DNA of 64,000 nucleotides. Origin: Botryllus schlosseri. Lineage: Eukaryota. Below, one piece after another: positions 24,601 through 37,093 of the stretch (positions are counted from its first letter, which is position 1; each line of letters starts with the position of its first letter). The stretch covers positions 26,228,001 through 26,292,000 of the forward strand of contig CM119371.1 of assembly GCA_051294905.1 (NCBI GenBank). Reading direction: 5' to 3'. Position numbers and translations under genes: made by a program. Under the pieces are notes generated by a model. It had not been told where the DNA came from. It saw only the letters and a list, made by a program, of their open reading frames with translations, and searched no databases.

Positions 24601-26608
24601 TAGTGAGCCAGAGTGAAGCGCGAAAATTTTCGATAATTCAAAATAAAATAGGTCAATAAAACCGGGAATTGCATATATATTGCTATCAATTACTTGTCCT
24701 CTCTGCTTACGTAATCAGATTTACCGGTAGACCTGAGCGAGGTGTCTTGGAAACTGTAGGGCCCGTAAATAATAAATAAATATATTCGGACGGGCGGACC
24801 CCGTTGGTACCACTTCGTTACATGTTATTTCGTGACCTCCAGTCTGCTATATCAAAAAATATAGAATCGCCCAAACGTACTAAACTAAAAGATGCACACG
24901 ATTTCAAATTGGTAGTTCTTCACTGGCATATAATTCTTCCCTGCGAGATGGTAGCCTAGTTGTCTCGTGAGGTTCAGATTGCCAAGACAGAAACATTCGA
25001 CGCCAGTCATTTAGGCGCCTATGGTCAATTATACCTATATGTATTTTGCATATACATAACGAAGTTTTCGGTCAGCGTAAGGGCAGTCCTTTTCGGTCAA
25101 GGTTTTCTCGCTGCTGATCGTTCTGGCACAGTTCTTGGAGTCGCATGTTACATGGCCTAAAACTTTATATGTGTTCGTGCGTCGTGGCGCGGTATTGGCC
25201 AACGCCGATATGCCTACTTCTATAGATCTTGCGAATTTATTCTTGGTGGAAGAGTACCCAATAGTTAAGGTACCTGGAAACTTGAAATCGCATGCAGCGC
25301 GAAAATTTTTTGAAAAAGTCGCAAAAAATTTCATAAAATACTCTATAATTTATGCTAATTCACTAAATAATTTTGGGCCACCTTCGAGCTCGCTCCCCCC
25401 CCCAATTGGGGGCTTGGGGTGCGGCAGTTACGGTCCTGTCAATACCTATATCTATAGGTACTGCTCGTTCAACTGGAAAGTTAGGGCACATCGCTTGAAA
25501 CAGCAGAGACGTAATTTTAGCAGTCTACTCACAACTTTCCTGCAATCCTAATTGAAAACTCCAGACTCCAAGCCAAGCAAGAGTATTTTATAAATATGAT
25601 TTTTTTTTTCATAAATCGATTTCTCAATATTTTTGTGGGGGCCGCAAGAAGGCTAGCTGGATGCCGCATGCGGCCCTCGGGGCCGCGGTTTGGAATCACT
25701 GCTCTATATCCCCGGATTGCAGCTATATCCGAGGCTACTCAATAGGCTTATTGTCATAAACCACCATTTTCGTTGCCGAAAGTATTTTTTTTAAATCACA
25801 TCTGCATACAATAGGTTAACCATTTTTTTGGTTTGATCACTAGGTGGATTTTCATAAAATGAGCAGCTAAAAAATCGAATTATTTTTATAATTCCTTAAT
25901 ATTGACAAAAATATTTTTTTTCATAACTTGTACAAGGTTTACACTTATCAGCACGCCCGATTCCAGCCAAATATCCAACTACTCGAAAACTCATTGTTTG
26001 CTGGAGTTTACTGGCAATTTCCATAATAGGCCTTGGTACCTAAAGTGTTAATAACAAATTGAAATAGCCTCTGTGTTGGGCCTACTGAATATGATTGCAA
26101 ACATCGTACCTGCTTGTAGTTTCACGAGTCATTGTGATTTAGCCGTGAAACTACATCTTACAATTGAGTCGTCTCCGATTAATTAAGGTTTGTTACACCT
26201 CAACGAAATCTGCTTTGAGACTAGTACTTTTTAAACATTCCACTTTCCCCTTACACCTCTTGAAACTTTGTTCTTTTGGCATTATTTCTTGAAAATTTTC
26301 GCATTATTTATACATGAGTACCACCGCCTAGTATTTTGGCCACCTCTGTTAACCGCATACCATACTGAAATTCAATGTCACAACATTACCGCGCGATTTC
26401 GTATCTAAGTTAAATAAACAGCATTCCTGAAATCATAGCATGGCATGAAATAAGGGGGTTGCTGGACACAGAACTGTATAGTACCATTAAAACAGTGCAA
26501 ATGTTACCTTTCTGCTGTAGAGTCGCTGGAAACCGCCGCAAATTTCAGCTCGCTAGACTCCGTACCCCCACTGCGTGATTCCCGACTGCCATCACAGTTC
26601 ATTGACAT
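21657..26608 (-). CDS. 94-aa RING-finger-only protein, paralog B (coding exons 26608-26508 and 21840-21657)
   Basis: MSMNCDGSRESRSGGTESSELKFAAVSSDSTAER-FNESEEEDRKNYVCIKCRSRMATNESFVACTHPPAYCSECIATLEDCIVCRPTAGTSHDV*; same splice sites and phase as paralog A, all 8 metal ligands kept. Not in the ORF track. Confidence 0.7.
23479..23998 (+). mobile_element. TAGGGCTGGGCA MITE nested in the composite element
   Basis: TIR TAGGGCTGGGCA / TGCCCAGCCCTA; exact TSD GTCGCGAG; empty site present in copy 2 at 58271-58278. Confidence 0.9.
24118..25438 (+). mobile_element. CAGG(G/A)CCGTAAC non-autonomous element nested in the composite element
   Basis: TIR CAGGGCCGTAAC / GTTACGGTCCTG; exact TSD TCAATACC; free-standing homolog at 50002-51237. 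Confidence 0.85.
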
Positions 26609-26950
26609 GCTGTATAGGCTGCTGGAACACACGGTCGAACTGAAATTCCACCGTTGAAAGAGAATCCTGCGATTTTAGACGAGTCTTGGTGACAGAATAA
26701 TTATCTCCACTTCGTCCAACGATGATTCGGTTATCGGACGCCGGCGTATCTTGTGTTATCAGCAATGCATCAATTCCTCATCTGCCGGTGCTTAGCCAGC
26801 AGCTAACTGATTGATAACTATCTTCTAGTGTAGCGTTGGCTGCCTGTGCGTGGAAAGTCACTTTAAAATTGCGTAAACACCGTACCGTCAGGCGTCAGTA
26901 AGTTTTTACGACGTGAACTTTGGTAACTCACACAAGCCGTCAACTTTGAC

Positions 26951-26986
26951 TATAGATAACTAACCTACGTAGGTTAGTTATCTATA
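26951..26986. repeat. 36-bp perfect palindrome flanked by a 7-bp direct repeat
   Basis: TATAGATAACTAACCTAC|GTAGGTTAGTTATCTATA, with CTTTGAC at 26944-26950 and 26987-26993. Confidence 0.9.
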
Positions 26987-27516
26987 CTTTGACACGCGTA
27001 AAAACCGGGTATTATTGAGCATTGGCGTCGACCGTACTCGTGTACTTTAATGCCTATCATAACCTTTCGAGTTCGCTGTACTATACAAACGCTTACATTG
27101 AATATTAAATATATCAATTTATTTGCTCATCTACAAATCGTTATCAAAGTTGCTCGTGTTTGCTGTGTGACGGTTTCTCAATTAAATATAGACGCTGTAG
27201 GTAGGCAGTACTGGGCGCAAATAAACCAAATTTCTGTATCGTTCGGATATTATCATGAACAGCATTTTACGCTCGCAGCAATCCGGTCCAGTGCAATTTC
27301 ACAATTAAGCTGAATATACCTGAAGTTGGGATGCATGATGCATCAATAAATTACACAGATTTTTGGAAATAATGACTGTGGATTACTGTCGAATACAGAC
27401 GATATTGATCGACAAGATTTTTCCCAATAAATATTCTTCCTAAATGGATAACAGAATCAGAAAAAAACATCTACATCCATTTCGAAGGATATTTGCAAAT
27501 GCAGGGCATTTATTAT

Positions 27517-28043
27517 TAGGGCTGGGCACAATGATTCGAGTACTCGAATCTGAATCGAGTATTAATTTTAATGATTCGAGTCGAGTAGTAAAAGACGAAT
27601 TTTTCGAGTACTGATATTATACGCTTCTCGCGACTAAAAGTTAATTTATCATCAAAAATTATAGCGTCTCTACTCTTTTCCACTGTGGAAGCCATGAAAC
27701 CTTAATTGTCCGTATTGCAGCATAGAAAACAGGGCATGAAGTACAAGTACTAAGCTACGAACGTTACTGGAAATACCACATTTCCGAAGTCATGATCATC
27801 CCACAACATTGTCACAAACTGCAATGGAATCGGGATGGTCGAAAAATACCAAGTATGGTTAATGTGATGGATAGCACGCATTATATTCTTTGTGGTGGCA
27901 TAAAGAGGTACAAATTTGAACTTTAACATATTACATTCTGTTATGACGTCATAATGAGCGATACTCGAATACTCTACTCGACTCGAAGCAAAATACGTGA
28001 TTCAGAATCGAATCACTCAGGTACTCGAAAATGCCCAGCCCTA
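27517..28043 (+). mobile_element. TAGGGCTGGGCA MITE, free-standing copy
   Basis: Same TIR and body as 23479-23998; exact TSD TTTATTAT. Confidence 0.9.
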
Positions 28044-30531
28044 TTTATTATAGCATAATTCTTCACGCTGGAATATGTAATCTCCAAGTAATCTTCTGCT
28101 TTGCATTCCGATTCCGACATTGATCGTTTGAATTATCACGCACTCAAGCGAGACTAGCAATATCGAATACTGACAAACTCATTGATATCTAAAATCTAGC
28201 TAGATGCTGAAATGTTGATATTCCTGTGGCAAACTTCTAGACGGGGAACCCCCGACGTAAATACCTGAAGTCTAGTCTACGCATTGCACCATAAATGCGT
28301 ACTGCGTATAACTTCGTAAATCCCCGTGCGTATAATCGCGCCCGTTTGTAAATGTAATATCATTGGTTTATTTACTACTCGCAACTTGCACCGGAATAAT
28401 ATATAAAAATACAAATACAGCGATGCGAATGAATATGAACGTTTTTCATATTTGCGTAAGGGTAAGGTATCAGGTATATCTAGAATTCTATATATCCCTG
28501 GTCACTGGTAAGGAATTAATGCCTACAGCACCTATTGGAAAGAGTAAGCCTCGTAAACACAATATGATCATGATCACCGTTACATGGTGAAGTTCAATAA
28601 AATGAGAAGTTCGTAATGATTTGTTGCAAATGTAACAGCGACAATCATTAACTAGCGCTGCCAACATCTATCTATGTAGAAATGCCTACATCCTCCATAT
28701 CTGTATTTGTATATTTGGTTTGGTTTGGTTTGGTTCGGGCAAACTATTGCAGTGAGAGAGCCAGTTATTCTCCGCGAAAATATAGGCGTAGAAAGCCAAC
28801 ACTTTCCATTACCCTGCTGCTATTCCAAAATCGTTATCAGCTGTATTTCTGATGAAATTTTAGATATTCGATCGTTGATTGCAATATAATACTCGTGGCG
28901 TCAATCTCTCTCGCTCCTCTGCGTCGACTGCGATATACAGCAACAGCCAACAAATTTATAATGAGATTCGTATCCAGATTTACCGATTGAAACAGTTAAT
29001 ATTCCGCAACAGACAAATAGTATAGAATCTAAGTAAACACCAAACCAATCACCAATAGGCCATGACAGCATGAGAGTTCGATTGCGGCACAACACCGGTA
29101 AATTAAACAACTTTAGGACCACGGAATTCAAACCGCAAAGTAGGCTGATACTAATACTGAACTGGTCATAAAACGAATTGTTACTAAGAGTAACTTCAAT
29201 GGCTGCTTTCTGCGAACGTCGACGGTTCCGACCTAGAGTAGATGGTATAGGCATAACCTTTTATCGACAATTTAAACGATTATCCATATCCAGATGAGCA
29301 TCCTAATAAGTTAACTGTAAACGCTGATTACTACCTATGATTTTGACGACGCATTCATGCGGAAACTTTGATGCGTAAAATTCCACTGAATACCGCGAGT
29401 GTTGATTCCCGTCATCCATGTAACAGGGTCGGTTACGCTGACAATATGACACGTTATATAGAGGTTACAGTACTCTACATATCCTCCCGTATGCGATGGT
29501 TTCGTAATTGCCAGAACATAATCTTAAGACAAGCGGAAAAACGTACGTCCGCCCGGCAGGGACACAGATCAACGAAATGAATGCCGCCAATTTTTCACGG
29601 GATATTTTGTGTTTGCGTGAGTGCGTGATATTGTTTGCGTTGGAACTACAGCACCTCGCACTAGTCCCCTGGTGTGCTTCTAAATATTCTCTGTTCAGCG
29701 CTCACACGTATGACCTCTTTCTTCAAGTGACGTTTGCGTAAGTTATTGTCACCGGCCTCCGCAAACATTACGCACCAAACTAGAAACAACGTATGCTATC
29801 CGATTGAGGAGTCATTCAAATATTTATGCGTAGGGGAGACGTGATTCTGATGACACGGAGGGATTTGAAGCACTAGTATAGTTCTCGATGATACTAAAGT
29901 CAAACTTTTCACTCAGTGAATTATTTTATGGCTTGAAGTTCGTTTTGGCAAAAACTTTCTTCATCACCTGCAAATTATTCCGACTTGCGAGAGCTTATGG
30001 GGCCTGTGACCAAAAATCTGTGTTGTTTTGAAGTAGATTAAAATTGTGCCCACCGTACATTTTTGTTAGTAATGTTCAACGCAAATTGACAGTCTCTGAC
30101 AGCAACGGATTGGTGTCATCTATATCAGTTGAATATTTGATCAACAGCCACTCAGCTAGAATTGCAATACTTAACTGGAAAGTAGATGTGATCTGTCGTT
30201 CGAGAAGTAGTGCACTAATTCCCATTAATATAACTGTGAACCTGGACGAAGGTCTATAGCACATGGGTTGCCAACCTGCAACTTTAGAAGGAAATTTGGG
30301 CTACCGGCGATACCTAATTCAATTACTATGTGCTGGCGGCCGTCCTTGTGCAAATTTAATTTACGAATTGACTCCCGAAGTCTCGCGCGATTTTATTTAT
30401 TATTCTTTAAAATATTTTCGCGCTATATGCGTGATTCAATGCGACTTCGTTTTTGATACTAATATAGTATAGCCCTTTGAAATCCGACAGTGTAGATGCG
30501 AACACAAGAGTAAAATGAAGATACCCATATA

Positions 30532-30878
30532 TAGGGTTTCCATATTTTTGAAATCTGGAAGAGAACACTTTTTCAAAATTTTAGACTTGCAATACCGGAG
30601 GAAAATCCTGAAAAAATGGTACATTTTTATCACTTCATGGTCGGTAGACTAAAAAAAGGTCACCTTCCCGGAGCTCAAATTCCGAAATAGCCGCCAGAGC
30701 GTTACTCCAGTGCTGATTTACTGTATCTTAGTCGAGTTTTGCCCTATATTTAATCATAATCCTCAAAAAAAGAGGGCAAAATTTCATAAAAGAGGACATT
30801 TGGGCGTCCTCCGAGGACACATTCAAAAAAGTAAAAAAGAGGACAAATCCTCTTAAAAGAGGACGTACGGTAACCCTA
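30532..30878. mobile_element. hAT-type MITE with AGAGGAC subterminal motifs
   Basis: TIR TAGGGTTTCCATA / TACGGTAACCCTA; exact TSD CCCATATA; inverted fragment at about 11874-11965. Confidence 0.8.
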
Positions 30879-31938
30879 CCCATATAGAAATACCAACTAG
30901 CAATCGTGCGCTCACCACGAAAGAAATATGTTTCCAATATATACCGAAAACCCTGATGAGAAGATAAGAAATAACAGCATCCAACTAATGACATTACTAC
31001 CGGTAATAACAATTGGCTCACCCGAAGATGCATCATCATTTATAACTTGCCCTAAATGTTCGAAAACACTCCCACATCTCTACCGGTGAATCAGATCACA
31101 GGAACTGAGATACGATAAATTTTTGATTTAAGATGTGAAACCAATGATATCAATGATAAAATTCTTTTGTAAATCTGAAAATCTTTCGCGCAAAGCGCGA
31201 CCACAACGGACCCCAGTTTCTATTCATATTATAATCACTCGCGATTTCGGTGCATATAGTAAGCCGATATGTAAAAGTAAATTATTCCGGAGCTCAGCAG
31301 AAATGGACATGGATAGTTTACCAGGGGTATTGTATTCGGCGTCCAGTTAGTTTGTTATGGCTATATGTCCTGAAATGCGGCCGTGGGCTACATAAGTAAT
31401 CGAACTGCAGCCGTGAATAGCAAAAAGTTTGACCACCCCTGGTCTAGCACGATGACGAAAGCTTGACCGCAAACTAGCAAACTTACATTAGGCATTGAGA
31501 ATTATTTTCACCGATACGACGTCATAATTACAAAAAATGACAAAAGCCATACATGAATTAGTACATGATTTTTTTGATCCGAGGACATATGAGCACGCGA
31601 CACGACACGTGGGCATGCTGCTTAAATCTGGAGGCAAGGTTCGCTGCATGCCCGTGTGGTGGCGTGCAGCCAGCATAGAACCGCTTGATTTATCAATTCG
31701 TTATACTGCGGCATATATCTGTAGCATTCGTAGCTTGCATATATATATTTGTAGTCGTGATTAGTCGTCACCGCGTGCGGACGTCTTCAGTAGCGGAGAG
31801 ATTTGAGGTCGCGCGTATCTTGTTGGACTCCTATAGTTACGGTAAGACTGTTCTATATTGTACATACGGGGTAGCATAGTTATCTATATAGGTAGGCTAA
31901 TAGGCTTAGCCCTATTATTCTGCGGTTTCATAGTGGTC

Positions 31939-33363
31939 ATGGACACTACAGACGCAAATCTTTCCGAGAAGCGCAGATCATCTGTGGCATTTACGTCGTC
32001 GGACAGTGAAGGAGACGGTAAAACAGCCGCTAAGATTCCAGCAAAGTCGTATGCATTATCAGGGCCAAACAAGCTTGTAGACGGGAATAATACTCGTAGG
32101 GAAAATAACAGCGTCCCTTCATCCACTGTACCAGCATTGGCAGATCCAAGTAGTGCTACTCCGGAGCTACGGGTGATTGTATCATCCAGAGGTCCCGGCC
32201 GGAAAATGAAACATTACCGTCCAGATACCATTCACAAATGGCTCATAAATCGTATAGGACAGTATGGAAGTATTAAGGCATTGCCTTCGGGAGATTTGCT
32301 TGTTCCTTGTTTGAATAAGAAGCAAGTTAACCTCTTACTCGAAAGTGATCTGATTACGGTAGAGAAAACGACAATTGAAATTAGCACTTCACTGTATCAA
32401 TCAAAGCCGTACGGCAGTCGCGCTGTGGTCTCGGGCGTTCCGATAGAAATAACTAATGAGGAAATCCCGAAATATCTTGCGCTATTCAAAGTTAAATCTG
32501 CTAAGAGACTTCAACGTACGACGAAGGAAGGGGATAAGGTAGATAGTCTATCGGTGTTGTTATTCTTTGAAACGCAAGAGATTCCCGAATACGTCGCAAT
32601 CGGGTACCTTAAATTGAAAACTCGACCGTACAAACCTACACCTCTCAGATGTTACAAATGCAATCGTTTTGGGCATACCAGCGCGCACTGTCGAGGGAGG
32701 AAGTGTTGTACTAAATGTGGAAGTAGAGATCATGAATATGAATCCTGTGATAAGGATAAGAAATGCGTCAATTGCGGGGAGCATCATAGCGCCGCTTATG
32801 GTGGGTGCCGCATATTCAAAGAAGAGGCCAAAATTCTTGCCGTAAGAGAGCGCTCGAACATATCTTACAGTGAAGCCAAAACTATAGTCTTAGACCAAGA
32901 GTGGCCACAGTTATCGAACACGAACATATCTAATACGGACATAACAACAAGTACCCCTAACACATCATTTAGTGCAGCACTACGAAGGAAAACTCGACCT
33001 CGTCATGATTACAGGGCTGCATACCCTTTTCCTAATGACTGTGATCTACGCAACCTAAAATCGCGCAATGACCAATCATCACCTGGGAACGGACAACAGT
33101 TTGTGCGGGATTCAGTATCCCACAACCCTCTGCTTCAAGGAAGCCAACATGATTCGCAGTTACTCCCAGGTTTAGACGCCGTACGCCTGTTGGCACTCGT
33201 CGCCGAGATTGTTCATTTGACTAAGTCGGGCGACCAAGACGTATTTAGCATTGTCTGTCAAGTCTCGTCGAAATACCTTGGAATTAGTATAAACCCTGAG
33301 GTTCTGATGAATGTGCCGTCACCCGCGGCTGGGAAGACTTCCTTGGTACGAAACTCGAATTAA
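31939..33363 (+). CDS. LINE ORF1, gag-like nucleic-acid-binding protein with three zinc knuckles
   Basis: First ATG at 31939 (MDTTDANL…); PLRCYKCNRFGHTSAHC, CTKCGSRDHEYESC, CVNCGEHHSAAYGGC; ISYSEAK motif. Confidence 0.9.
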   Translation: MDTTDANLSEKRRSSVAFTSSDSEGDGKTAAKIPAKSYALSGPNKLVDGNNTRRENNSVPSSTVPALADPSSATPELRVIVSSRGPGRKMKHYRPDTIHKWLINRIGQYGSIKALPSGDLLVPCLNKKQVNLLLESDLITVEKTTIEISTSLYQSKPYGSRAVVSGVPIEITNEEIPKYLALFKVKSAKRLQRTTKEGDKVDSLSVLLFFETQEIPEYVAIGYLKLKTRPYKPTPLRCYKCNRFGHTSAHCRGRKCCTKCGSRDHEYESCDKDKKCVNCGEHHSAAYGGCRIFKEEAKILAVRERSNISYSEAKTIVLDQEWPQLSNTNISNTDITTSTPNTSFSAALRRKTRPRHDYRAAYPFPNDCDLRNLKSRNDQSSPGNGQQFVRDSVSHNPLLQGSQHDSQLLPGLDAVRLLALVAEIVHLTKSGDQDVFSIVCQVSSKYLGISINPEVLMNVPSPAAGKTSLVRNSN

Positions 33364-36300
33364 ATGTATACTTCGGCACTACTTATTTTGCAGTGGAACT
33401 GCCGTGGAATTTACAGGAAACTTTTCGAATTCAAGCATTACATCAATAATCTCGCGACTCCCCCGGACGTAATTGCTCTTCAGGAAACTCATCTCATTGA
33501 AAAATACTCGCCTAGGTTGCCAGGATACACTCTCTATAGGAATGATAGGTCGGCGCATTCTGGTGGGATTGCCTTTTTTGTCAGCAATCGAATAAATTCT
33601 TCCACGAACCAAATAGTCACCGCCTCTCAAATCGATGCCTTGGCTATCAACGCGGGCGGTCTCCAGATATGCAATATTTATATCCCACCGCATTATCAAC
33701 CGCGAGAACAAGACTTTTCTTTTCTGCGGAATCTGTCATCGAAAGCACTTATCTTGGGAGATTTTAATTCCCACCATCTGTCCTGGAGTACCTTCACAAA
33801 CAGACGGGGTGATATCCTCTCTGATGCTATCGATAAATACGGACTGGTTTTGTTAAATTCGTCCATCCCGACTCGCGTTAATATCTCGTCAAACGCCGTT
33901 AATCGCTGGTCCCTGCTGGATTTAAGTCTTGCTTCATCTGATATTGCTTCGAAATGCCACACATCTGTGAGTGATCAGCTCCTCGGAAGTGATCACTGTA
34001 TAGTACACACAGAATATAGGAAGCGGATCACAAGAAAGTCTATAAAAAGACGACCCTGGTCTTTGAGAAGAGCAAATTGGGCCGCTTTCTCCAGTCATGT
34101 TGACAGTAATCTGGCAGAATATCAGAATTCTAATATTGATGACACCAACGAGTTCATCACAAAGGCAATAATATCAGCATCCACCAACAGTATTCCGCGT
34201 TCTAAACACACGTCAAAAAACCCTGTTCCTTGGTGGAATTCGGAATGCGACCGAGCGGTACGGCGCAAAAGAGCGGCATTCCTCAAAATGAAGAGGACTT
34301 TCTGCTTGAATCATGTCATAGCCTTCAAGAAACTACGCGCTGACTGTAGACGCACCATACTATCGGCAAAACGAGAGGGATGGGAAAGCTTCTGTACCTC
34401 GCTGAATCGGAATACAAATTTATCAAAAGTATGGGGCGTAGTGCGATCCATGTCGGGCGGCTCGGCTTCGGAAGCAACTAGAGTCTTCACTCCGAACAAT
34501 CTGTCTTTGTTGGACGACAAATCAATTGCTGATCGACTAGGACTGCATTTTGCCAGAGTCAGCAGCAGTGATAACTACTCCGTAAGTTTTCTCCGGCATC
34601 GAGACCTCATGGTGGGACCGGTTCCCGATACTCGACCACTTCAGCCCGTCGACCCCATCAATGTCCCGTTCAATCTGGAAGAACTGCTGGATGCAATTCG
34701 ATCTCGTCGAAACTCATCTCCTGGGGATGACGACATCTGCTATGCCATGCTGCAGAACCTATCTGCGACTGCTCTCAACCATATCTTAGAGCATTTCAAC
34801 TCTATATGGCACGACGGACTGGTTCCGGAAGCCTGGAAGAAAGCCATAGTGATCCCTCTTCTCAAACATGGCAAAGACCCTGGCGCTCCGGAGTCTTTCC
34901 GACCGATATCATTGACAAGTCATTTATGCAAAATCATGGAGGCTATGGTCACAAACAGGCTAAGGTGGTACCTCGAGGAGAGAGGGCTCCTTCACACCTC
35001 GCAATCCGGATTCAGACATGGTAGAACCACATTAGATCACATTCTCACACTCCACGACACAGTTTACAAAGCCTTGAATAGTCAGCGTTCGGTCATTGCC
35101 GTGTTTCTAGACATCGAGCGCGCGTACGACATGATGTGGCGCGAAGGAATGTTGTATAAACTTTCGCAGCTTGGAATAACCGGTCGCATTTATTCGTGGA
35201 TTAGTTCTTTTCTAACCAACCGAACGTTCCAAGTTCGAATAGGCTCTACATTATCAGACACGTACATTTTAGAGAATGGTACACCCCAGGGAAGTGTTAT
35301 TAGCCCATTGCTTTTTTTCGATAATGCTGAATGACCTGCCATCTGTTATCCAATGTGATCACGGTCTCTATGCGGACGATTGCGCAGTGTGGGAAAGCGG
35401 TCTCTCTATTCCTAACCTACTATCATCGATACAAACGTCGCTTAACAGCGTTTTCGAGTGGTGCTGTAACTGGGGGTTCTCGATATCCATGTCAAAGTCG
35501 GTAGCAATGCTTTTCACTCGTAAACGTAAGGTGGGCTGTTTATCGCTTACAATCGGGGGTAGAGAGGTTTCCTTTGTGGAAAAATGTAAATACCTCGGAG
35601 TAGTTTTCGATAAGACCTTGTCTTACAGGCATCACATTGATCACGTTATAGAGAAATGCACCAAACGATTAAACTTGATTAGACTTCTTTCCGGGACGCA
35701 TTGGGGCGCGTCTAAACAATCATTGCTTGTGCTTTACAGATCACTGATACGCCCGGTTATTGATTACGGCCTCCCTGCCTATGGTTTCGGTGTAAAGTCG
35801 CAAGTAGATCGAATTCAAGTCCTACAAAATCGGGCACTACGGATATGCTGCGGCGCGATGCGTAGCACCCCCATCTGCATTCTTCAAGCTAGCTGCAATG
35901 AAATGCCAGTGCAAGTTCGACATGAACACCTTTCCCTTAATTACCGATGTCATGTAATGAGTAGACCACTTGGTACCCACCCAGCCGAAGGCCTGATGTC
36001 GGACTCATGGCAAGAAATAGACTATCTGCTAAACCCAAGACTGCGCTCTTTCAATACTCTCACCAAATGCTTTTTCACAGATCTCAACGTAAATAGATAC
36101 CAATGGTCGGCGTTGCCACCGTGGACAGTCCCTCGCCTCGGAGTGGACAGGAACCTTGTCTCCATCCTTGACCGGCAAGGAGTTCGAGATCATAGCCAAC
36201 GACATATTTGTCTTGATTATGTTTCCGACATATACAATAGCGCCACAGAAATCTACACTGACGGCTCCAAGTTCGCCGACTGCGCGGGCTTTGCAGCGTA

Positions 36301-37093
36301 TATCCCTGATCATCAAACTGTCATCAAACGGCGTTGCTCAAAACTGCTATCTAGCTTTACATTAGAACTGCTGGCGATATTGTCCGCCTTGAGGTGGATA
36401 GTGGAGCGCGGGCAGCCATCTAATTACGTTATTCTTTCAGACTGCCTGAGTGGCCTCCAGCATATATGTGGAAGATCACTTTCGTGTCAACCCGGAATCC
36501 AGCGCGAGATAACCTCATTGAACCATCAAGCGACCAACCTCGGTGCAAGTATCCATTACGTATGGATACCAGGGCATGTTGGTATCCCGGGAAATGAAAT
36601 TGCAGACGCACACGCAAAAGCGGTGGCAAGCGATGAATCGCCAGCTTCTGAATTCAATATAGACACACCAACAAAAGACGCAAGAGTTTTAATACTCGAG
36701 CATTGCCGGCAACGCTGGAACAATAATTACATACGTGACCAAAAAGGAGCCTGCTATAAACAGCTTCAAAATACAATTTTCAACCGCCTCCCCGACACGA
36801 ATAATCGTCATTATGATCGAATATTATTTCGTCTACGGTCAGGTCATTGCCGCCTTAATTCCCATTTATTCAAGATTGGGTGTGCCGACTCCCCCTTGTG
36901 TTCCTTATGCTGCGTCCCGGACACTGTTTCACATTTGCTAATGGAATGTCGTAAATTTGAATTTCATCGCCGATTTTTGATTGCTCATTGTGCCAATGAA
37001 AACGTTGCTTTCTCTGTACAAAATCTATTGACCCTCCATTGCCTAACTATACCAGTTATAGAATTTATTCTCTCCAGCGAATTATTTCTCTGA
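33364..37093 (+). CDS. LINE ORF2: AP endonuclease + reverse transcriptase + RNase H + C-terminal zinc finger, split by a +1 T at 35312-35318
   Basis: QWNCRG, LQETH, GDFNSHH, GSDH (APE); QSGFR, LDIERAYD, GTPQGSVISPLLF, YADD (RT); IYTDGSK, WIPGHVGIPGNEIAD (RNase H); CSLC…HLLMEC. The two ORF-track pieces (33364-35334, 35276-37093) join if one T is removed. Confidence 0.9.

Larger units (their letters stand above)
23157..25701 (+). mobile_element. composite non-autonomous hAT element (copy 1) in the intron of RING paralog B
   Basis: TIR CAGTGGTTCGCAACC / GGTTTGGAATCACTG; exact TSD CTCTATAT; homologous to 57956-60039. Confidence 0.9.

Noticed and set aside
25035..25551. Recurring ORFs also seen at about 50808-51035 and 58854-59153
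   Set aside because: Copies of one non-coding element; frames are not preserved among copies.
31858..31938. Hydrophobic N-terminal extension of LINE ORF1 in the ORF track
   Set aside because: Starts at a TTG in the 5'UTR; the first ATG is at 31939.
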